This document shows, one piece after another, positions 60,351 to 64,000 of a DNA stretch of 64,000 bases (position 1 is the first letter of the stretch; each line of letters opens with the position of its first letter). The stretch is from positions 192,001 through 256,000 of the forward strand of contig JAEOSU010000051.1 in NCBI GenBank assembly GCA_016840165.1, read 5' to 3'. The notes beneath the pieces were generated by a model. The model was not told the DNA's origin. It searched no databases and saw only the letters and a program-made list of their open reading frames with translations. A program made the position numbers and the translations under genes. Source of the stretch: Promethearchaeota archaeon. Its GTDB lineage: Archaea > Asgardarchaeota > Lokiarchaeia > Sigyniarchaeales > SOKP01.

Positions 60351-61478
60351 TTATATTGTTTTTTGCTCTAATCTCTTTTTTCTTTCACTGATTTTATCAA
60401 ATAAATCATCCATTGTAGGGAACGGGGTAAATTGTTTATCCCTTTTCTTTAAACTAATAGCTTCTACCGGACACTTTACCACACAATTACCACAACCAAT
60501 ACAACGCTTTTTCTTAATTTTTGAAATGTCATCTTGTAGTTTAATTGCTTCCATAGGACAAATATTTACACAAGTGCCGCATCCATTGCAAAGTTCGGGA
60601 TCAATTTCGGCATAATAGTTTGTAATGCTCATACTTCCAGGATTTGGAAATTTAATATAACGAGATAAAGATTCACAGCAACAACTGCAACAACTACATA
60701 TAAATCCTAATTCTTGAGAATTATCAGGTTGAAGCACCAATCCATCTTCTTGATTTTGCCGTAATATCTCGATTGCTTCATCCTTACTTATTTCACGTCC
60801 CCAACCTTGTTCAATATACATTTTTGCAGCATAACCAAATCCCATACATACCTCTCTCCTTGAAGTTACTTTGCAGGGCTCCCCCTCCAAATCTTTTAGT
60901 TGTTTGCATATACAATTTGTCACCATATATGGTCCTTGTGTACTTTCTATTAAAGATTCAAGGTTATCAAAATCAGCAACATTTTCTTCAAATTCGATAC
61001 TTTTCTCTATCGGAATGGTACGCAATTGAGATCCTTTAACTTTAAATGCCTCTGGAAGCCAAGATTCGTCGAAATAATCATGAAAATCCTTAATGAACTC
61101 TTCAGGTAATTGGTCCAATCTATTAACTTGAAATTCAAACATACCCACCATCAATAATGCATTACCATAATACTTTAAGCTATTTTCTTTTTTGAACATC
61201 AGTAAACCCTTCTTGACCATTGAATCCAATTTCTCTTCTAACTCTTCTTTCGTAATATTTTTATCTTTTACTCGTTCATAAATAACATCTATTGGCTCCA
61301 AGTCTCTTTCCCAGCTAAATCTAAGGTAAGTTGCCAACTCTGCCTCTTCTGGAGTAAAAAGATGTTTAAGTAAACGAAGTCCAGAGCCAGATTTACTTGG
61401 TGGAAAGCCAATTGGCATTTTGTCAAGATGTTGCTGCAACTTTTTATATATTTCTATTTCAGATATTTTCTCATTCAT
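60351..61478 (-). CDS. 4Fe-4S dicluster protein with N-terminal HTH-like region and Cys-rich motif
   Basis: LFTPEEA, CICK, CSCCSCCC, CNGCGTCVNICP, CIGCGNCVVKCP. Confidence 0.8.
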   Translation of the reverse strand: MNEKISEIEIYKKLQQHLDKMPIGFPPSKSGSGLRLLKHLFTPEEAELATYLRFSWERDLEPIDVIYERVKDKNITKEELEEKLDSMVKKGLLMFKKENSLKYYGNALLMVGMFEFQVNRLDQLPEEFIKDFHDYFDESWLPEAFKVKGSQLRTIPIEKSIEFEENVADFDNLESLIESTQGPYMVTNCICKQLKDLEGEPCKVTSRREVCMGFGYAAKMYIEQGWGREISKDEAIEILRQNQEDGLVLQPDNSQELGFICSCCSCCCESLSRYIKFPNPGSMSITNYYAEIDPELCNGCGTCVNICPMEAIKLQDDISKIKKKRCIGCGNCVVKCPVEAISLKKRDKQFTPFPTMDDLFDKISERKKRLEQKTI

Positions 61479-61592
61479 AAGATCACAAGTTTTTATTTAT
61501 AAGCTAAATATTATTCTAAATTTATTATAGGATATAAAAATTAATTTTATCTTCAAAATTTTCTTGTTAGAAAAAAAAGGAGAGATAAAAAA

Positions 61593-62132
61593 ATGACACC
61601 AGAAAGAATAAGACTTGAACAAGGGATGATTCAATGCTATTTTGGGCGAGGCAAGGGAAAAACCACTGCTGCCTTAGGACAAGGCTTACGCGCAACAGGA
61701 CATGGATTTAAAGTCTATATGATTCAGTTTATGAAAGGTTGGCATTATGGAGAGATTGAAGCTATTAAACTTATTCCGAATTTCAAGTTAGAACAGTTTG
61801 GCACCCCAGATTTAATCGCAGAACCGAAGAAAATAGATATCGAAGAGGGTAGGAAAGCATTGGATTTTGCTAAAAAGGTCATTATGAGTGATGAGTATGA
61901 TATTATCATTCTTGATGAAATAGCAGTTGCGGTTGAGTATAATATCATTAAAGTTGAGGAAGTATTGGAGCTTTTAGATAATAAACCGGAAAAAGTAGAA
62001 ATCATATTGACGGGAGGTCCAAAAATGCATCCTAAAATTAAGGAACGGGCTGATCTTCTTACTGAAATGCGTCTCATAAAGCATTATTATGCATCTAAGG
62101 GAATAACTGCGAGAAAAGGAATTGAGTATTGA
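61593..62132 (+). CDS. cobO: Cob(I)alamin adenosyltransferase (CobA/CobO/BtuR type)
   Basis: GRGKGKTTAALG, QFMKG, ILDEI, ILTG, ARKGIEY. Confidence 0.92.
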   Translation: MTPERIRLEQGMIQCYFGRGKGKTTAALGQGLRATGHGFKVYMIQFMKGWHYGEIEAIKLIPNFKLEQFGTPDLIAEPKKIDIEEGRKALDFAKKVIMSDEYDIIILDEIAVAVEYNIIKVEEVLELLDNKPEKVEIILTGGPKMHPKIKERADLLTEMRLIKHYYASKGITARKGIEY

Positions 62133-62134
62133 AT

Positions 62135-64000
62135 TTATTCAAGGATTTTTAATTGATCTTTTAGTTGTTCAATTTTAACTTTTAAATCACTGAGATTTTG
62201 CTTTTCCTTCTCAACTAATTCTTTTGGTGCTCTTTCTACAAACTGACTTTGGAGTTTCTTTTCGATACTTTTCATTTTCTTTGTTGTTTTTTCTAATGAT
62301 GTCGTGACTCGTACTCTTTGCTTATCGAAATCTATCATTCCTTTAAGTGGAATGAAAGCAGGGATACCTCTCAGTACTATTCTTGCAGCTTGAGGTGGAG
62401 GCGTAATCTTAGATTCGATTTTAAATTTCTCCTTATCAATGTACGCCATTTTAATTAGTTCATTTTTGCATAATTCAAATAACTCCTTATCTTTTTCTGC
62501 CTCAATATAGAGGGGAACTAAAGTTTTTAAGGGTATATCGAAATCATGTTTCATACGTCTTATTTCTCGGACATACTCTTCCATTAATGAAAAACTCTCT
62601 TCGATCTTTAAATCGATAAAATTTTGATCTGACTCTGGCCAAGGAGCATACATTATTGTAGGAACATTCTTAAAGTTTGCTGGAAGAGCTTGCCATAACT
62701 CTTCTGTGACAAATGGCATAACTGGATGAATTAATCTTAAAACTGTTTCTAATACATGAACTAATATTGATTTATGGATATATTGATTCGTATATTGATC
62801 GTTGTAGAGAAAATTTTTGCTCATTTCAATATACCAATCGCAAAACTCACTCCAGAAAAATGATTTAATCTCTCTTGTCATTTGTAAATAATCATAATTA
62901 TCCATATATTCTTGAACAAGTTCAATAACTGAATTTAAACGTGAAAGAATCCATTTATCAGGAAACTTCAATTCGTTTAAATCAAGCTCGTTTAGTTTGG
63001 GAATACTCTTATCTGAACTAATGCTACTTAACACAAATCTAGATGCTTGCCATATTTTGTTGCAATACTTATGGGCTACATCAATATTTTTTGGATCCAA
63101 GTTAGTGTCCAAACCAGGAACACTATTGGAAATAAGAACATACCGAAGAGAATCTGCACCACACTCCTTAATAATTAGCAATGGATCGTAATCATCAACA
63201 TTTTTCATGGATTTACTGATTTTTTTACCTTTTGCATCTCTGATTAACCCATGCAGGTAGACCATATGATAAGGAACTTTACCTGTTAGTTCAATGCTCA
63301 TCATCATCTCACGTGCAACCCAAAAGAAGAGAATATCATAGCCAGTCTCTCTGGTATCAGTGGGAAAAAATCGTTTAAAATCAGGATTCTGTATATTTGG
63401 CCAACCTAGTGTTGAAAAAGGCCATAATGCGCTAGAAAACCAAGTGTCCAAAACATCATCATCTTGATGCACTTTAGAACTTCCACATTCAGGACAGTTC
63501 TTAAGATCTTCGATATCCGGTTCTGGACAAATTTCTGCAGAACAATCATCGCAATACCATACCGGAATTCTGTGACCCCACCACAATTGGCGTGAGATAC
63601 ACCAATCATGGATGTTTTCCATCCATTGAAAATATCTTTGCTCCTCTCTTAAGGGAATTATCTTAGTCTGACCATTCTGTACTTTCTCCATCGCCGCTTT
63701 AGCAAGATTTTTGGTTTTAACAAACCATTGAATAGAAAGGCGAGGCTCAATAATAGCATGACAACGTTGACAATGTGCTATAGAATGAGTATAAGGTTCA
63801 GTTTTTTCTAATAATCCCTCTTTCTTTAGATCTTTGATAATAAGCTCTCGACATTCATATCTATCTAGTCCTGTATAAGATTCAACGAAACCAGGAAGAA
63901 TTTCAGCGTTCTCGTTAAAAATATTTATAAATTCCAGATTATGACGTTTTCCAATTTCAAAATCAGTAGGATCATGAGCTGGGGTAATTTTTAAAGCACC
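62135..64000 (-). CDS. valS: Valyl-tRNA synthetase (5' part lies outside the window)
   Basis: Frame continues beyond the ORF-track start to the window edge (GALKITPAHD...QWFV); DWCISRQLWWGHRIP, DVLDTWFSS, KISKS, C-terminal coiled-coil arm. Confidence 0.95.
   Translation of the reverse strand, partial: GALKITPAHDPTDFEIGKRHNLEFINIFNENAEILPGFVESYTGLDRYECRELIIKDLKKEGLLEKTEPYTHSIAHCQRCHAIIEPRLSIQWFVKTKNLAKAAMEKVQNGQTKIIPLREEQRYFQWMENIHDWCISRQLWWGHRIPVWYCDDCSAEICPEPDIEDLKNCPECGSSKVHQDDDVLDTWFSSALWPFSTLGWPNIQNPDFKRFFPTDTRETGYDILFFWVAREMMMSIELTGKVPYHMVYLHGLIRDAKGKKISKSMKNVDDYDPLLIIKECGADSLRYVLISNSVPGLDTNLDPKNIDVAHKYCNKIWQASRFVLSSISSDKSIPKLNELDLNELKFPDKWILSRLNSVIELVQEYMDNYDYLQMTREIKSFFWSEFCDWYIEMSKNFLYNDQYTNQYIHKSILVHVLETVLRLIHPVMPFVTEELWQALPANFKNVPTIMYAPWPESDQNFIDLKIEESFSLMEEYVREIRRMKHDFDIPLKTLVPLYIEAEKDKELFELCKNELIKMAYIDKEKFKIESKITPPPQAARIVLRGIPAFIPLKGMIDFDKQRVRVTTSLEKTTKKMKSIEKKLQSQFVERAPKELVEKEKQNLSDLKVKIEQLKDQLKILE

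Overview
AT-rich, gene-dense chromosomal window with 58 supportable CDSs, probably from an Asgard archaeon (Lokiarchaeia-like). That assignment is inferred from an archaeal TFS/RpoM-type zinc ribbon, longin/uDENN-like proteins and an Arf-like GTPase alongside many bacterial-type anaerobic metabolic genes. Most content is acyl-CoA and amino-acid metabolism: IorBA with an NDP-forming acyl-CoA synthetase alpha subunit, acyl-CoA dehydrogenase-EtfB-ferredoxin/EtfA, a B12-dependent acyl-CoA mutase cluster with MeaB, split CoA-transferase subunits, threonine biosynthesis, LacZ, hydrolases and a partial valS. I found no tRNA, rRNA, CRISPR array or transposase by eye. Five highlights: (1) a 1126-aa protein fusing uDENN/longin-like domains, an Arf-like GTPase with intact G motifs, PAS-PAS-GAF and a His-less pseudo histidine kinase; (2) an acyl-CoA mutase with a non-canonical active site; (3) a UbiA prenyltransferase plus twin CCG Fe-S protein operon followed by a MoxR (Walker B 'NE') / HExxH-vWA pair; (4) a candidate pseudoknotted ncRNA in a 728-bp gap between convergent genes; (5) a CoA-transferase pair apparently lacking the catalytic Glu (IpdAB-like). 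All family calls come from manual motif recognition; no searches were run.
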